DNA from: a candidate division FCPU426 bacterium
GTDB taxonomy: Bacteria > Oederibacteriota > PGYV01 > Palsa-1178
NCBI GenBank assembly: GCA_963840035.1
Contig: CAWIXE010000002.1
Span: 1,504,001-1,568,000, forward strand
Length of the DNA: 64,000 bases
Direction of reading: 5' to 3'
How positions within the stretch are numbered: position 1 is the stretch's first letter; each line of letters begins with the position of its first letter. Positions 38,822 to 48,930 of this stretch are shown here, one piece after another. The notes under the pieces were generated by a model. The model was not told where the DNA came from. It did not search any database and worked only from the letters and a program-made list of their open reading frames with translations. Made by a program: the position numbers and the translations under genes.

Positions 38822-41800
38822 TATTCGCCACCTCTCTTAGGAGCTTTTTTCTTGACGAGCTCCACATTCAGCGCCAGACCCTGCAATTCTTTCACAAGGA
38901 CGTTAAACGATTCCGGGATACCGGGTTCAGGTATGTTCTTGCCCCTGACTATCGCTTCATACAGGCGCTTTCTTCCTTCCACGTCATCCGACTTTACAGT
39001 CAGCATTTCCTGGAGGGTATATGCGGCGCCGTAAGCTTCGAGCGCCCAGACTTCCATTTCTCCGAATCTCTGGCCGCCGAACTGCGCTTTGCCGCCTAAA
39101 GGCTGCTGGGTAATAAGCGAGTATGGCCCTATGGACCTGGCGTGTATCTTATCGTCGACCATGTGTATCAGCTTCATCATGTACATGACTCCGACTGTTA
39201 CCCTGCTCGCGAAAGGCTCGCCTGTCCTGCCGTCGCAGAGGACTGTCTTTCCGTCATCGCGCATGCCGGCTTCTTTCATTTTTGCCTTAACTTCGGCTTC
39301 CTTCATGCCGTTAAATACCGGCGTGTCAAATGACTGGTTAAGCGTCCTGCCGGCAAACCCGAGGTTTGTCTCAAGAAGCTGCCCTACGTTCATACGCGAA
39401 GGTACGCCGAGCGGATTTAAAACAACATCCACGGGCGTTCCGTCCGAGAGGTACGGCATGTCTTCGACAGGCAGTATCTTTGAAATAACGCCCTTGTTTC
39501 CGTGCCTTCCGGAAAGCTTGTCTCCGACAGAAATCTTCCTCTTTTTGGCTATCAATACTTTTGTAAGCTTGATAACTCCCGGCGGGAGGTCATCTCCCTT
39601 TACGGTCTTCTTTTCCCTGTAATCTTCCTCTATCTTCTCAATGGCGTAATCCAGATGAACCTGCTCGAATTCTTTGAGCTTGTTCTTCTCATCCTTTGAG
39701 ATATCCATGGCATCTATTTCTTTTATGCGTTCCTTAAGTTTTATCTCAAGGTCCTGTATGGACTTATCCCTGTCCTTGCGGAGCTTGGATATTTTTTCCT
39801 CTTCCTTATCTTTCCTTTTGCCTCGTTCTTTCCTGGCAAATACCCTGATGTCTATTACTATGCCTTCTATGCCGGGCGGCACGCGCAGCGACGTGTCTTT
39901 CACGTTGTCGGCCTTTGACCCGAATATGGCTTTCAGGAGTTTTTCTTCCGGCGTCAGGTTTGAACCCGATATCGGTGTTACCTTACCGACCAGGATGTCT
40001 CCCGGTTTTACCTTTGCGCCTATCCGTACTATGCCTTCGGCGTCAAGGTTCTTCAGCGTGTCTTCGGAAACGTTCGGTATGTCGCGGGTTACTTCCTCGG
40101 GCCCGAGCTTTGTATCCCTGGCTTCGACTTCGTATTCCTCGACGTGTACCGAGGTGAAGATGTCTTTCTTAAGCATGTTCTCGGATAATACTATGGCGTC
40201 CTCGTAGTTGTAACCGTTCCACGGCATGAATGCCACGATAACGTTCTTTCCGAGCGCGAGCTCGCCGTGGTTCATGGCGGGCCCGTCAGCAATGACGTCA
40301 TTCTTTTTTACCCTGTCGCCTTTTTGAACGCGGGGTTTTTCATTTATGGTGGTATCCTGATTGGTCCTTTTGAATTTTCTTAACTCATAAACTTCCATCC
40401 TGTCCTTTAAATTAGAGCCTTCCTTATCGTCGCGCAGTATGATGATGCAGTCAGCGTCAACATATGATACGACTCCGGCATGTTTTGCTGAAACCGCCCT
40501 GCCCGAGTCAAACGCGGCCTTTCTTTCCATGCCGGTGCCTACAATACAGGCTTCGGTGGCAAGAAGCGGCACAGCCTGGCGCTGCATGTTCGATCCCATG
40601 AGGGCCCTGTTCGCGTCGTCGTGCTCTAAAAACGGTATGAGGGACGCCGCAACAGATACAACCTGCTTCGGTGAGACGTCAATAAAGTCCACCTTTTCGG
40701 GTTCCATCATGATGAAGTCGCCTTTGTACCTTACAAGGACAGCCACGTCTGTAATCTTACCGTGGTCATCCGCCGTAACATCCGACGGGCCTATGCGGTA
40801 ATTGTCTTCCTGGTCAGCTGTCAAATACTCTATTTTTTCCTGGCCCTGGAGCTTGCCGTCTTTTACTTTTCTGTACGGTGTCTCAATAAATCCGTAATCA
40901 TTAACCCTCGCGTATGTGGCAAGCGAGGTGATAAGGCCGATATTCTGGCCTTCAGGGGTTTCAATCGGGCAGAGCCTGCCGTAGTGTGTGTAGTGAACGT
41001 CGCGGACTTCAAAGCCTGCGCGCTCCCTGTTCAATCCGCCCGGCCCGAGCGCCGATATACGCCTTTTGTGCGTAAGCTCCGCTAGCGGGTTAACCTGGTC
41101 CATGAACTGGGAAAGCTGCGACGAACCGAAGAATTCCTTGATTGCCGCTATCAGCGGTTTCGGGTTTATAAGGTTCGCGGGGATGGCGTTTTTCATGTCA
41201 ATAATCGTCATCCTCTCCCTTATCATCTTTTCCACCCTTACCAAGCCGGCGCGGAACTGGTTCTCCACGAGTTCTCCGACAGAACGCACGCGCCTGTTCC
41301 CGAGGTGGTCGATGTCGGATTTCTCCATCATCGCGTTATTAACCTCAAAGAACTTCTTGATCGTGGCTATTATGTCAGCTTCGTCAATGGTTTTTGTGAC
41401 CTTATCTTTCGGCATGGCGAGGACCTTGTTAAGTTTGTACCTTCCGACGACGCCGAGGTTGTACCTCTTGTGGTCGAAGAAAAGGTTCTTAAAAAGATTT
41501 TTCGCTCCGGATAAGGTAGCCGGTTCTCCCGGCCTCATCTTCCTGTGGATTTCTATCAGTGCTTCCTGTTCTGATTTTATGCCGTCTTTTTTGATGGTCT
41601 TGAGCATATTGGCGAACATATTATCCTCATCAAGGACAACGCACTGTATTTTCTTAATGTCTGCTTTTTTCAGTTTTTCGACAATTTCCTTTGTCATAAG
41701 GGTTGCGGACTCGGCCAGTATCTCGCCGGTGGTTTTTTCTATGACGTCCTCAAAGAGCACCCTTTTAACAATATCCTTATCGTCAACCGGGACAGATTCT

Positions 41801-42477
41801 TTTTCAAAGAATATGGAAAGGATTTCCTCAGTCTTGCCGTATCCCATAGCCCTAAGAACGGTTGTGACAGGAAACCTTTTTTTTCTGTCGATTTTAGCAT
41901 ATACGATTTCATTGATGTCGTATTCAATTTCCAGCCATGTGCCCCTGTAAGGCACTATCCTCGCGACGTAGACAGGCGCGCCCATTAAGCCTTCGCCTTC
42001 CTCCTCTTCTTCAAAGGATACGCCCGGTGAACGGTGCAGCTGTGAAACAATAACCCTCTCTGCCCCGTTTATTACGAACGTGCCGCGGTCGGTCATCAAA
42101 GGGATGTCGCATATATGAACCGCCTGTTCAGGCGCTTCCTTTAACGACATTTCCTTTGTTTTCTCATCGACCTCTTTTATGGCCAGCCTGAATATTCCCT
42201 TTAAGGAGGCGGAATAGCTCTCGCCTCTCTCTATGCATTCATCGACATTATGTTTCGGTTTTCCAAATTCATAACCCACGAACTGCAGGGTGTAGAAACC
42301 GTTATAGTCGGATATGGGGAATACGCTGTTGAATACTTCCTGAAGCCCCTGGTTCTTCCTCTTATCAGCCGGTATGTCCAGCATAAGGAATTCCTTATAG
42401 GACTTCTTCTGGATTTCCATCAGATCAGGAATTTCCAGGACTTCTTCAACATTAGACTTTTGTTTCATTCTTCCCAT
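38821..42477 (-). CDS. rpoB: RNA polymerase beta subunit
   Basis: [48 protein letters not shown]. Confidence 0.99.
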   Translation of the reverse strand: MGRMKQKSNVEEVLEIPDLMEIQKKSYKEFLMLDIPADKRKNQGLQEVFNSVFPISDYNGFYTLQFVGYEFGKPKHNVDECIERGESYSASLKGIFRLAIKEVDEKTKEMSLKEAPEQAVHICDIPLMTDRGTFVINGAERVIVSQLHRSPGVSFEEEEEGEGLMGAPVYVARIVPYRGTWLEIEYDINEIVYAKIDRKKRFPVTTVLRAMGYGKTEEILSIFFEKESVPVDDKDIVKRVLFEDVIEKTTGEILAESATLMTKEIVEKLKKADIKKIQCVVLDEDNMFANMLKTIKKDGIKSEQEALIEIHRKMRPGEPATLSGAKNLFKNLFFDHKRYNLGVVGRYKLNKVLAMPKDKVTKTIDEADIIATIKKFFEVNNAMMEKSDIDHLGNRRVRSVGELVENQFRAGLVRVEKMIRERMTIIDMKNAIPANLINPKPLIAAIKEFFGSSQLSQFMDQVNPLAELTHKRRISALGPGGLNRERAGFEVRDVHYTHYGRLCPIETPEGQNIGLITSLATYARVNDYGFIETPYRKVKDGKLQGQEKIEYLTADQEDNYRIGPSDVTADDHGKITDVAVLVRYKGDFIMMEPEKVDFIDVSPKQVVSVAASLIPFLEHDDANRALMGSNMQRQAVPLLATEACIVGTGMERKAAFDSGRAVSAKHAGVVSYVDADCIIILRDDKEGSNLKDRMEVYELRKFKRTNQDTTINEKPRVQKGDRVKKNDVIADGPAMNHGELALGKNVIVAFMPWNGYNYEDAIVLSENMLKKDIFTSVHVEEYEVEARDTKLGPEEVTRDIPNVSEDTLKNLDAEGIVRIGAKVKPGDILVGKVTPISGSNLTPEEKLLKAIFGSKADNVKDTSLRVPPGIEGIVIDIRVFARKERGKRKDKEEEKISKLRKDRDKSIQDLEIKLKERIKEIDAMDISKDEKNKLKEFEQVHLDYAIEKIEEDYREKKTVKGDDLPPGVIKLTKVLIAKKRKISVGDKLSGRHGNKGVISKILPVEDMPYLSDGTPVDVVLNPLGVPSRMNVGQLLETNLGFAGRTLNQSFDTPVFNGMKEAEVKAKMKEAGMRDDGKTVLCDGRTGEPFASRVTVGVMYMMKLIHMVDDKIHARSIGPYSLITQQPLGGKAQFGGQRFGEMEVWALEAYGAAYTLQEMLTVKSDDVEGRKRLYEAIVRGKNIPEPGIPESFNVLVKELQGLALNVELVKKKAPKRGGE

Positions 42478-42522
42478 ATGTGCCCCTTCCTGTAAATTAT
42501 TTTTAAGGCTACGGCGAAAAAA

Positions 42523-42900
42523 TTACTTAAGCTCGACTGATGCTCCGGCTTCTTCAAGCTTTGCCTTCATCTTGTCGGCTTCGTCTTTCGCGACGCCTGT
42601 CTTTACAGGTTTCGGTGCTGTATCAGCTATGTCTTTCGCTTCCTTGAGCCCTAAGTTTGTCAGCTCGCGGATAACTTTGATAACCTGGATCTTTTTGTCC
42701 CCTGCGCCTGTTAAGATAACGTCAAATGACGTCTTCTCTTCCGCTGCTGCCGCTCCTGCTGCCGGCGCTCCTGCTGCTGCCATCATCGGCATAGCCGCTG
42801 ATACTCCGAATTTCTCTTCGAGCGCTTTCACCAGTTCGTTAAGTTCCAGTACCGTCATTCCTTCGATTTCCTTGATCAGTTCCTCTTTGTTGATTGCCAT
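42523..42900 (-). CDS. rplL: 50S protein L7/L12
   Basis: [24 protein letters not shown]. Confidence 0.98.
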   Translation of the reverse strand: MAINKEELIKEIEGMTVLELNELVKALEEKFGVSAAMPMMAAAGAPAAGAAAAEEKTSFDVILTGAGDKKIQVIKVIRELTNLGLKEAKDIADTAPKPVKTGVAKDEADKMKAKLEEAGASVELK

Positions 42901-42930
42901 GATATGGCACCTCCGTTTGATTTTTTTATT

Positions 42931-43488
42931 TTAATTTGCTTTCTCTTCTTTTACTTCTACAGGTGCTGCTGTTGCCGCTTCCTTTACTTCCGCGATCGCT
43001 TCCTTTGCCGTCTTTCCCGCCCTGTCGAGGACATTGATGAGCCTCTGTATGGGTGAGTTAAGCAGTACGACGAATTTCGCGATAAGTTCCTGCTTTGATG
43101 GCAGCGAGCTTAACGCCTTGATCTCGTCAACTGACACGGCTTTTGATTCGATGTAACCGCCCTTGATCTTGAACTTTTCGTTTTCCTTAGCAAAGGCCGT
43201 CAGCGCCTTTATGGCTGCCATGTAGTCCTTTGAAAAAACGAGTCCGGTAACGCCCTTAAAAAGCTTCTTCATCGAGGCGTCAATCTTCAGCTCGTCAAGC
43301 ACCCTTTTTGAAAGCGTGTTCTTGACTACCTTATAAGATGCCCCCGCCTTTTCAAGTCTCCGTCTTAAATCATTTACCTTGCCGGCCGTTAGGCCCTGAT
43401 AGTCAGTAATGATGACGCCGCTTGCTTCCTTAAATTTCTCAAGCGTGTTATCTATGACTACTTTTTTCTTTGCTTTGTTATTTGACAT
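42931..43488 (-). CDS. rplJ: 50S protein L10
   Basis: DYQGLT, VVKNTL, LPSKQELI; ATG at 43488 after GAGGT. Confidence 0.96.
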   Translation of the reverse strand: MSNNKAKKKVVIDNTLEKFKEASGVIITDYQGLTAGKVNDLRRRLEKAGASYKVVKNTLSKRVLDELKIDASMKKLFKGVTGLVFSKDYMAAIKALTAFAKENEKFKIKGGYIESKAVSVDEIKALSSLPSKQELIAKFVVLLNSPIQRLINVLDRAGKTAKEAIAEVKEAATAAPVEVKEEKAN

Positions 43489-43501
43489 TTTTACCTCACC
43501 T

Positions 43502-44197
43502 CTACAAGTACTTTTTGAAATTAATCTGCATGCCCACACCCATCGTGCTGGTAATGTACATGCTTTTTACATACTGTCCTTTTGTAGCAAGAGCCGGGAG
43601 CTTAAGGAATGACTTTACGAAATGCTCCACGTTTTCTATAAGGTCCGCTTCGGGAAATGACGCTTTGCCGACTAATACGTGCACAACGCCTTCCTTATTT
43701 GACCTGTATTCCACTTTTCCGCCTTTGAATTCCTTTACCGCTTTTCCCACATCAACGGCAACCGTTCCGGATTTCGGGTTAGGCATAAGGCCTTTTGTGC
43801 CGAGGATCTTTCCGAGCTTTCCGACATCTTTCATCATGTCAGGGGTAGCGATGGCAACATCAAAATCCATCCATCCGCCTTTGATCTTTTCGATCAGCTC
43901 CTCAGCTCCCACCGCGTCAGCTCCGGCTTCAACGGCGTCTTTTTCCTTAGGCCCTTTTACAAAAACTATTACACGGACCTTCTTGCCGGTGCCTTTGGGA
44001 AGCCCGATGGTGGTCCTTATCTGCTGCTCTGCCTGGACAGGTTTCTTTGCCAGGTTCACGGAGATATCAACCGACTCGTCAAACTTCGCGCTGGCTGTTT
44101 TCTTGATAAGCGATACAGCTTCGGCCACATCATAGACTTTAACAACGTCTACAAGAGCCACTGCCGCTTTGTGCCTTTTGCTATCCTTCTTTTTCAT
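43502..44197 (-). CDS. rplA: 50S protein L1
   Basis: KFDESVD, LP.GTGK, LG.KGLMPNPKSGTV, STMG. Confidence 0.97.
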   Translation of the reverse strand: MKKKDSKRHKAAVALVDVVKVYDVAEAVSLIKKTASAKFDESVDISVNLAKKPVQAEQQIRTTIGLPKGTGKKVRVIVFVKGPKEKDAVEAGADAVGAEELIEKIKGGWMDFDVAIATPDMMKDVGKLGKILGTKGLMPNPKSGTVAVDVGKAVKEFKGGKVEYRSNKEGVVHVLVGKASFPEADLIENVEHFVKSFLKLPALATKGQYVKSMYITSTMGVGMQINFKKYL

Positions 44198-44261
44198 AAC
44201 CTGATTCTCCTTTATTTTCTTTCGTATCACTTAAGGTCGCGTCTATGCGCCCCATATAATA

Positions 44262-44690
44262 CTATTCTACGGTAATTCCCATGTTCCTTGCCGTGCCTTC
44301 GATCATTTTGACCGCCGACTCAAGCTTTGTCGTGTTTAAATCCGGCATCTTGATCTTCGCGATTTCTATGACCTGGGCTTTTGTAACCTTTGCCACTTTG
44401 ACCTTGTTGGCTTCGCCCGAACCCTTAATGACGTTCGCGGCTTTTTTTAACAATACGGAAGCCGGGGGTGTCTTGATGATAAAGGTAAAGGACCTGTCTT
44501 CAAATACGTCGATTACCGCAGGGAGGATAAGGTCGCCCCTGTCTTTCGTCCTGTCGTTAAACTGCTTGCAGAACTCCATGATATTAACGCCGTGCTGTCC
44601 TAACGCCGGCCCTACGGGCGGCGCCGGGTTGGCTTTTCCGGCCTGGATCTGAAGCTTGATCTGCGTCATTAACTTTTTGCCTTTTGCCAT
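44262..44690 (-). CDS. rplK: 50S protein L11
   Basis: [33 protein letters not shown]. Confidence 0.98.
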   Translation of the reverse strand: MAKGKKLMTQIKLQIQAGKANPAPPVGPALGQHGVNIMEFCKQFNDRTKDRGDLILPAVIDVFEDRSFTFIIKTPPASVLLKKAANVIKGSGEANKVKVAKVTKAQVIEIAKIKMPDLNTTKLESAVKMIEGTARNMGITVE

Positions 44691-44759
44691 TTACTTTCTC
44701 CTTCAATATTTTGACGATCCACACGGAACAGTTTCGTCCGCTACGCGATCTAAAAGCCC

Positions 44760-44795
44760 AACTTCGAACTCCGAACTCAAAACTCCGAACTTTTA
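44760..44795. repeat. Heptamer array at the nusG stop
   Basis: AACTTCG AACTCCG AACTCAA AACTCCG AACTTTT. Confidence 0.85.
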
Positions 44796-45344
44796 AACTA
44801 TCTTTTCCACCTGGTCAAACTCGAGTTCGACCGGCGTCGGCCTTCCGAATATGGTTACGATAACCTTCATCTTGCCTTTTTCCGGGGACACTTCCTCCAC
44901 TATTCCGTTAAAGTTCATGAACGGCCCATCGGTAATCTTGATGTGCTCGCCCACTTCGAAATACGAGGCCATCCTGGGTTTCTTTTTCCTGTCTTCCATG
45001 AGGTCCATAATGGACTGCACTTCGGGGTCGGATAAAGGTATAGGCCTTGACTTTGTACCTACGAAGCCGGTAACTTTCGGCGTGTGCCTTAGCACATAAA
45101 GGATTTCCTTGCCTTCTTCGCTGTCAATATCAATGTCCATTTCGACCATGATATATCCGGGAAAGAATTTCTTGTTCCTGATGACCTTTTTCTTTTTCTT
45201 TATTTCGGTCACGTTCTCAGAAGGGATAATAACCTGCGTAATCTTTTCCTGAAGGTTATAAGTCGCTATCCTCTGATCCAGGTTCTCCTTTACGCTGTTT
45301 TCCTGGCCTGCGTAAGTGCTGACTACGTACCATTTCTTAGCCAT
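44793..45344 (-). CDS. nusG: Transcription factor NusG
   Basis: KWYVV, FFPGY, TPKVTGFVG, DGPF..F.G, IFGRPTPVEL; likely start MAKKW at 45344. Confidence 0.98.
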   Translation of the reverse strand: MAKKWYVVSTYAGQENSVKENLDQRIATYNLQEKITQVIIPSENVTEIKKKKKVIRNKKFFPGYIMVEMDIDIDSEEGKEILYVLRHTPKVTGFVGTKSRPIPLSDPEVQSIMDLMEDRKKKPRMASYFEVGEHIKITDGPFMNFNGIVEEVSPEKGKMKVIVTIFGRPTPVELEFDQVEKIV

Positions 45345-45355
45345 TAAGTTTCTCC

Positions 45356-45541
45356 TTAACCAAAGATAATTTTCACGAGTTTTGCCAGGGCAAAATCGAT
45401 AATACCGAGATAAACCATGAGAATAAGCGCAACAAGCACCACTATCACGGTCGAAGCTATTATCTCTTTCCTGCCCGGCCATGTGACGTTTTTCAGTTCG
45501 CGCCACGAGGCAAGTAAAAATTCTTTAATCTTCTGCATCAT
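45356..45541 (-). CDS. secE: Preprotein translocase SecE
   Basis: ELK.VTWP.R.E followed by one TM helix; upstream of nusG. Confidence 0.95.
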   Translation of the reverse strand: MMQKIKEFLLASWRELKNVTWPGRKEIIASTVIVVLVALILMVYLGIIDFALAKLVKIIFG

Positions 45542-45809
45542 ACACTCCGTTTTTTGGTTCTACTTTCAGGGCCAGACATGGGCTTTAGCATCAATAAAGC
45601 CTTTAACCCGTCATTCGAACCTTCTTTGTTTCTTCTACTATATAAGGCAGCCGCCCCGGAGAAGCCCGGGAAGGCGCCTTGAAGCCTTTTTAGAACCTTC
45701 CTTACTTTGCCAGAACACTTTCTTTAAACCCTGCAACTTTCGAAAGCCTACATCTTTCGATATCCGAACAGCCGAGCAGCCGAGCGCCAAATTTTGCCTT
45801 TGCAAAATT

Positions 45810-45887
45810 TGGCAGGCCAGGAGGGATTCGAACCCCCAACTCGCAGTTTTGGAGACTGCAGCTCTAGCCAATTGGAGCTACTGGCCT
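45810..45887 (-). tRNA. tRNA-Trp(CCA)
   Basis: AGGCCAGTAGCTCCAATTGG...CTCCAAA...GGTTCGAATCC...CTGGCCTGCCA. Confidence 0.96.
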
Positions 45888-45895
45888 ACGTTCAT

Positions 45896-45970
45896 ATTGA
45901 AGATTGTTGAGTGTGGATTGCGGATTGTCTTTGTACATTAATCCGCAATCGTCAATCCACTATCTTCAAT
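45896..45970. repeat. Inverted pair of heptamer arrays between rpmG and tRNA-Trp
   Basis: ATTGAAGATTGTTGAGTGTGGATTGCGGATT / AATCCGCAATCGTCAATCCACTATCTTCAAT. Confidence 0.85.
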
Positions 45971-45976
45971 TATTCC

Positions 45977-46126
45977 TTACTTAGTCTCTTTATGCGGTGT
46001 GTGTTTCTTGCACCACTTACAGAACTTTTTTACTTCGAGTTTTTCCTGATGAAGCTTTTTGTTCTTCGTCTGCGTATAGTTCCTTCGTTTGCAGACCGTG
46101 CAGGCCATCGTGATTATCTCTCTCAT
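45977..46126 (-). CDS. rpmG: 50S protein L33 (Zn-binding type)
   Basis: Manual translation [49 protein letters not shown]. Confidence 0.96.
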   Translation of the reverse strand: MREIITMACTVCKRRNYTQTKNKKLHQEKLEVKKFCKWCKKHTPHKETK

Positions 46127-46148
46127 ATTATATAGTCATCCTTTTCTT

Positions 46149-47351
46149 TTATTCTACGACTTCGGTAATAACGCCCGAGCCGACTGTCCTGCCGCCCTCG
46201 CGGATGGCGAACCTTAACTCTTTTTCCATGGCTATGGGAGTTATCAACTCAACATCCATAGCAATATTGTCTCCCGGCATAACCATTTCCACTCCTGCCG
46301 GCAGTTTGATTGATCCTGTTACGTCCGTTGTCCTGAAATAGAACTGCGGGCGGTAATTGTTAAAGAACGGCGTGTGACGTCCGCCTTCGTCTTTGTTTAA
46401 CACGTACACCTGGCTTTTGAACTTCTTATGCGGCGTTATCGAGCCCGGCTTGCAGCATACCTGGCCCCTTTCGATATCGTCTTTTTCCACGCCGCGCAGC
46501 AGAAGCCCTACGTTGTCTCCGGCCTGTCCTTCGTCCAGAAGCTTCCTGAACATTTCAACTCCGGTTACAACCGATTTCCTGGTGTCCTTGAATCCTACTA
46601 TCTCGATTTCCTCATTGACTTTAACTTTTCCTCTTTCGATCCTTCCCGTGGCTACTGTGCCGCGGCCCGTGATTGAAAATACGTCCTCAACCGCCATAAG
46701 GAACGGCTTGTCTATCTCCCTCTTGGGTTCAGGTATGAATGTGTCGAGCGCGTCCATCAGGTCAAGGATAGCTTTCGCTTCCGGGCCTTTCGGATCGTTT
46801 AATGCTTTTACTGCCGAGCCCCTGATTACCGGCGTCTTGTCGCCCGGGAACTCGTATTTTTTCAGAAGGTCCCTGATCTCTTCTTCTACCAGGTCTATCA
46901 TTTCCTTATCGTCTACAAGGTCCACCTTATTTAAGAATACCACTATGTGCGGTACTCCTACCTGCCTGGCTAACAGAATGTGCTCCCTTGTCTGCGGCAT
47001 TGGTCCGTCTACCGCTGATACAACCAGGATCGCTCCGTCCATCTGCGCGGCTCCCGTGATCATGTTCTTTACATAGTCAGCGTGGCCCGGGCAGTCAACG
47101 TGCGCGTAGTGCCTCTTTGCCGATGAATACTCCACGTGCGATGTCGCGATCGTCAATATCTTTGTCGCGTCCCTGCGGCCCTGCGACGCCGATGCTTTCG
47201 CCACTTCGTCGTACGGTATGTACGTTGCCATTCCCTGCGCTGCCATTACGTTCGTAATAGCCGCTGTCAGTGTCGTCTTGCCGTGGTCTACATGTCCGAT
47301 CGTTCCCACGTTTACGTGCGGTTTCGTCCTGTCAAATTTCTGTTTACCCAT
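46149..47351 (-). CDS. tuf: Elongation factor Tu (second copy)
   Basis: Protein identical to 27559-28761. Confidence 0.99.
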   Translation of the reverse strand: MGKQKFDRTKPHVNVGTIGHVDHGKTTLTAAITNVMAAQGMATYIPYDEVAKASASQGRRDATKILTIATSHVEYSSAKRHYAHVDCPGHADYVKNMITGAAQMDGAILVVSAVDGPMPQTREHILLARQVGVPHIVVFLNKVDLVDDKEMIDLVEEEIRDLLKKYEFPGDKTPVIRGSAVKALNDPKGPEAKAILDLMDALDTFIPEPKREIDKPFLMAVEDVFSITGRGTVATGRIERGKVKVNEEIEIVGFKDTRKSVVTGVEMFRKLLDEGQAGDNVGLLLRGVEKDDIERGQVCCKPGSITPHKKFKSQVYVLNKDEGGRHTPFFNNYRPQFYFRTTDVTGSIKLPAGVEMVMPGDNIAMDVELITPIAMEKELRFAIREGGRTVGSGVITEVVE

Positions 47352-47498
47352 TTTCCTTCCTCCTGAAAATATTTTTTAAATTTTATATTCACTTCATGCG
47401 AAACTTTTTTTCTCCGGACCGAAAATCGAAATTCCTCGACTTCATTTCTCGATTCTCGATTCTCAATTCCCGGCGAAAACTGCTTCGCAGTTTTCAGC

Positions 47499-47575
47499 TG
47501 GAGCCCTCGATCGGAGTCGAACCGACGACCTCATCCTTACCAAGGATGCGCTCTTACCAACTGAGCTACAAGGGC
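47499..47575 (-). tRNA. tRNA-Thr(GGT)
   Basis: GCCCTTGTAGCTCAGTTGGTAAGAGC...TTGGTAA...GGTTCGACTCC...GAGGGCTCCA. Confidence 0.96.
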
Positions 47576-47709
47576 AAAAAAAAATTATAAAAAAAATAAT
47601 AAACGCCGCACGCACCTATCCCGTGAGGCTCAAATCAATATCTTCTCTGCAAATCTCCTTATTTATATACATAAAAAAATAAGCTCTACACAAAAACTGT
47701 AGAGGCTAA

Positions 47710-47738
47710 AGAATATCAAATCCGTAAATACTTGTCAA
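47710..47738 (-). promoter_or_regulatory. Sigma70 promoter of the tRNA-Thr/tuf operon
   Basis: TTGACA-17-TATTCT with extended TG. Confidence 0.7.
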
Positions 47739-47947
47739 CCATTATTTTGCATTTTTGAGGCCTTAAATCCGGCCAAAAGCCTCTGAAAAACCGGTTTTTA
47801 CTAAAAATTGCTAAAACCCCCATATTTTAAGCCGCTTTATGTAATCATTACAATATGGCCCGTCCGCGCTCAAAAACAAAAAAACCGGAAGAACCGCTCC
47901 GGTGTATTTAATCCCGTTAAAAAAAATGAAAAAACCTGTTTGCTTAT

Positions 47948-48634
47948 CTATGGAGTGAACTTGACATTGTCCAAAAAGAAACGCACATAATTCCGCGCAT
48001 TGTTCGGCCCTGCTATCCTTAAAATAAATTCTATCTTTCCTAAGTCCGCGCATATCTCCTGTACCGTGCCCGAAGTAAGCATGGCAAAATCACTCAGCTG
48101 CAGGTCAAAATCCTGCCAGGCCGGGGTAAGGTTAAGCGCTGAGTATTCCATGTACTTTGCTCCGGACGAATCATATATGCGGATGAAATATTCCATATCG
48201 GCGTTCTGGTACAGGTGGTAATAATTGCATAACGCGCTGAATTTAAAACGCTTATAACCTTTTTCAATTGTAACATTAATGCCGGCGCCGCCGTTGTCTA
48301 CAGTACCGCATGCCACATCAGCACTGCCGATAAAGTTTCCCCCAAGGTATTGCGTAGCTTTCACGGTAACAGTCACCCCTAAGGAATAACTGCCGTATTG
48401 CGCAGGAGGCTGGCTTATAACCCCGAATGACTGCATTGAACTGCCGAATGATAAATCATACAGCCATTGATTTTCCGGCGGGCTTATCATATTGGTAAGG
48501 TTGTTGTCTTCAAAGTCGTCTACGCTCACAGCTGAAACAACCTGCGCAGGCGCTGAAGGGTTGTTTTTCTGGCAGCCTGTTTCCATTACCAGCGAAGAAA
48601 ACAGTATCATGAACAAAATTATCATTTTTTTCAT
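47948..48634 (-). CDS. Putative lipoprotein with a carbohydrate-binding-like (CBM11/CIA30-type) domain
   Basis: Signal ending TGC; VDDFED..., WQDFDL.LSDF, F.LDNV.F pattern. Confidence 0.55.
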   Translation of the reverse strand: MKKMIILFMILFSSLVMETGCQKNNPSAPAQVVSAVSVDDFEDNNLTNMISPPENQWLYDLSFGSSMQSFGVISQPPAQYGSYSLGVTVTVKATQYLGGNFIGSADVACGTVDNGGAGINVTIEKGYKRFKFSALCNYYHLYQNADMEYFIRIYDSSGAKYMEYSALNLTPAWQDFDLQLSDFAMLTSGTVQEICADLGKIEFILRIAGPNNARNYVRFFLDNVKFTP

Positions 48635-48709
48635 TACATTCACCGCGTGTTATATGATAGGAGTTTTTAGCAAATTTAGCCCTTATTCCCGCTTACAACT
48701 TTCATACTA

Positions 48710-48738
48710 ATTATAAGCAGTAAGCCTGCAAATGTCAA
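48710..48738 (-). promoter_or_regulatory. Sigma70 promoter
   Basis: TTGACA-17-TATAAT. Confidence 0.75.
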
Positions 48739-48826
48739 TTTTTTCGTGTTTTTAGCCATCTGGGGAAAGAAAAAAACAGCTTTACGAAACACGCCTGAGC
48801 CGCCATTTATACAGGCCTAAAAAGAC

Positions 48827-48855
48827 TTGCAAAATATGGGTAAATTTTCTATAAT
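48827..48855 (+). promoter_or_regulatory. Sigma70 promoter for the ppiD-like gene
   Basis: TTGCAA-17-TATAAT. Confidence 0.7.
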
Positions 48856-48881
48856 AAACACTGTTTTATTAAAGGGTTTTC

Positions 48882-48916
48882 AATTTCAAATTTAAAATTT
48901 CAAATTTTAAATTTAC
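48882..48916. repeat. Heptamer array in a 5' UTR
   Basis: AATTTCA AATTTAA AATTTCA AATTTTA AATTTAC. Confidence 0.8.
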
Positions 48917-48930
48917 AAGAGGTGTTCATC

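Noticed and set aside
44793..45506. N-terminal extensions on NusG, L1, L10, L14 and Adk in the ORF track
   Set aside because: Longest-ORF artefacts; downstream ATGs with good RBSs match the family starts.
45560..45740. 6S RNA in the tRNA-Trp-secE spacer
   Set aside because: Size and a central hairpin fit, but the flanks are direct rather than complementary repeats, so the long 6S rod cannot form. Kept only as an unnamed candidate.
45417..45941. ORFs 45638-45871 (-) and 45417-45941 (+)
   Set aside because: They overlap tRNA-Trp or secE, and the translations are tRNA read-through.
12542..47076. Many long plus-strand ORFs (e.g. 22180-22884, 26577-27278, 27803-28486, 41066-41950, 43470-44135, 46393-47076)
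   Set aside because: Antisense shadows of conserved, codon-biased genes; Ser/Phe/Thr-rich with no motifs.
47808..48053. Small ORFs 47808-47990 and 47811-48053
   Set aside because: AT-rich intergenic or overlapping frames with no RBS or recognisable motif.
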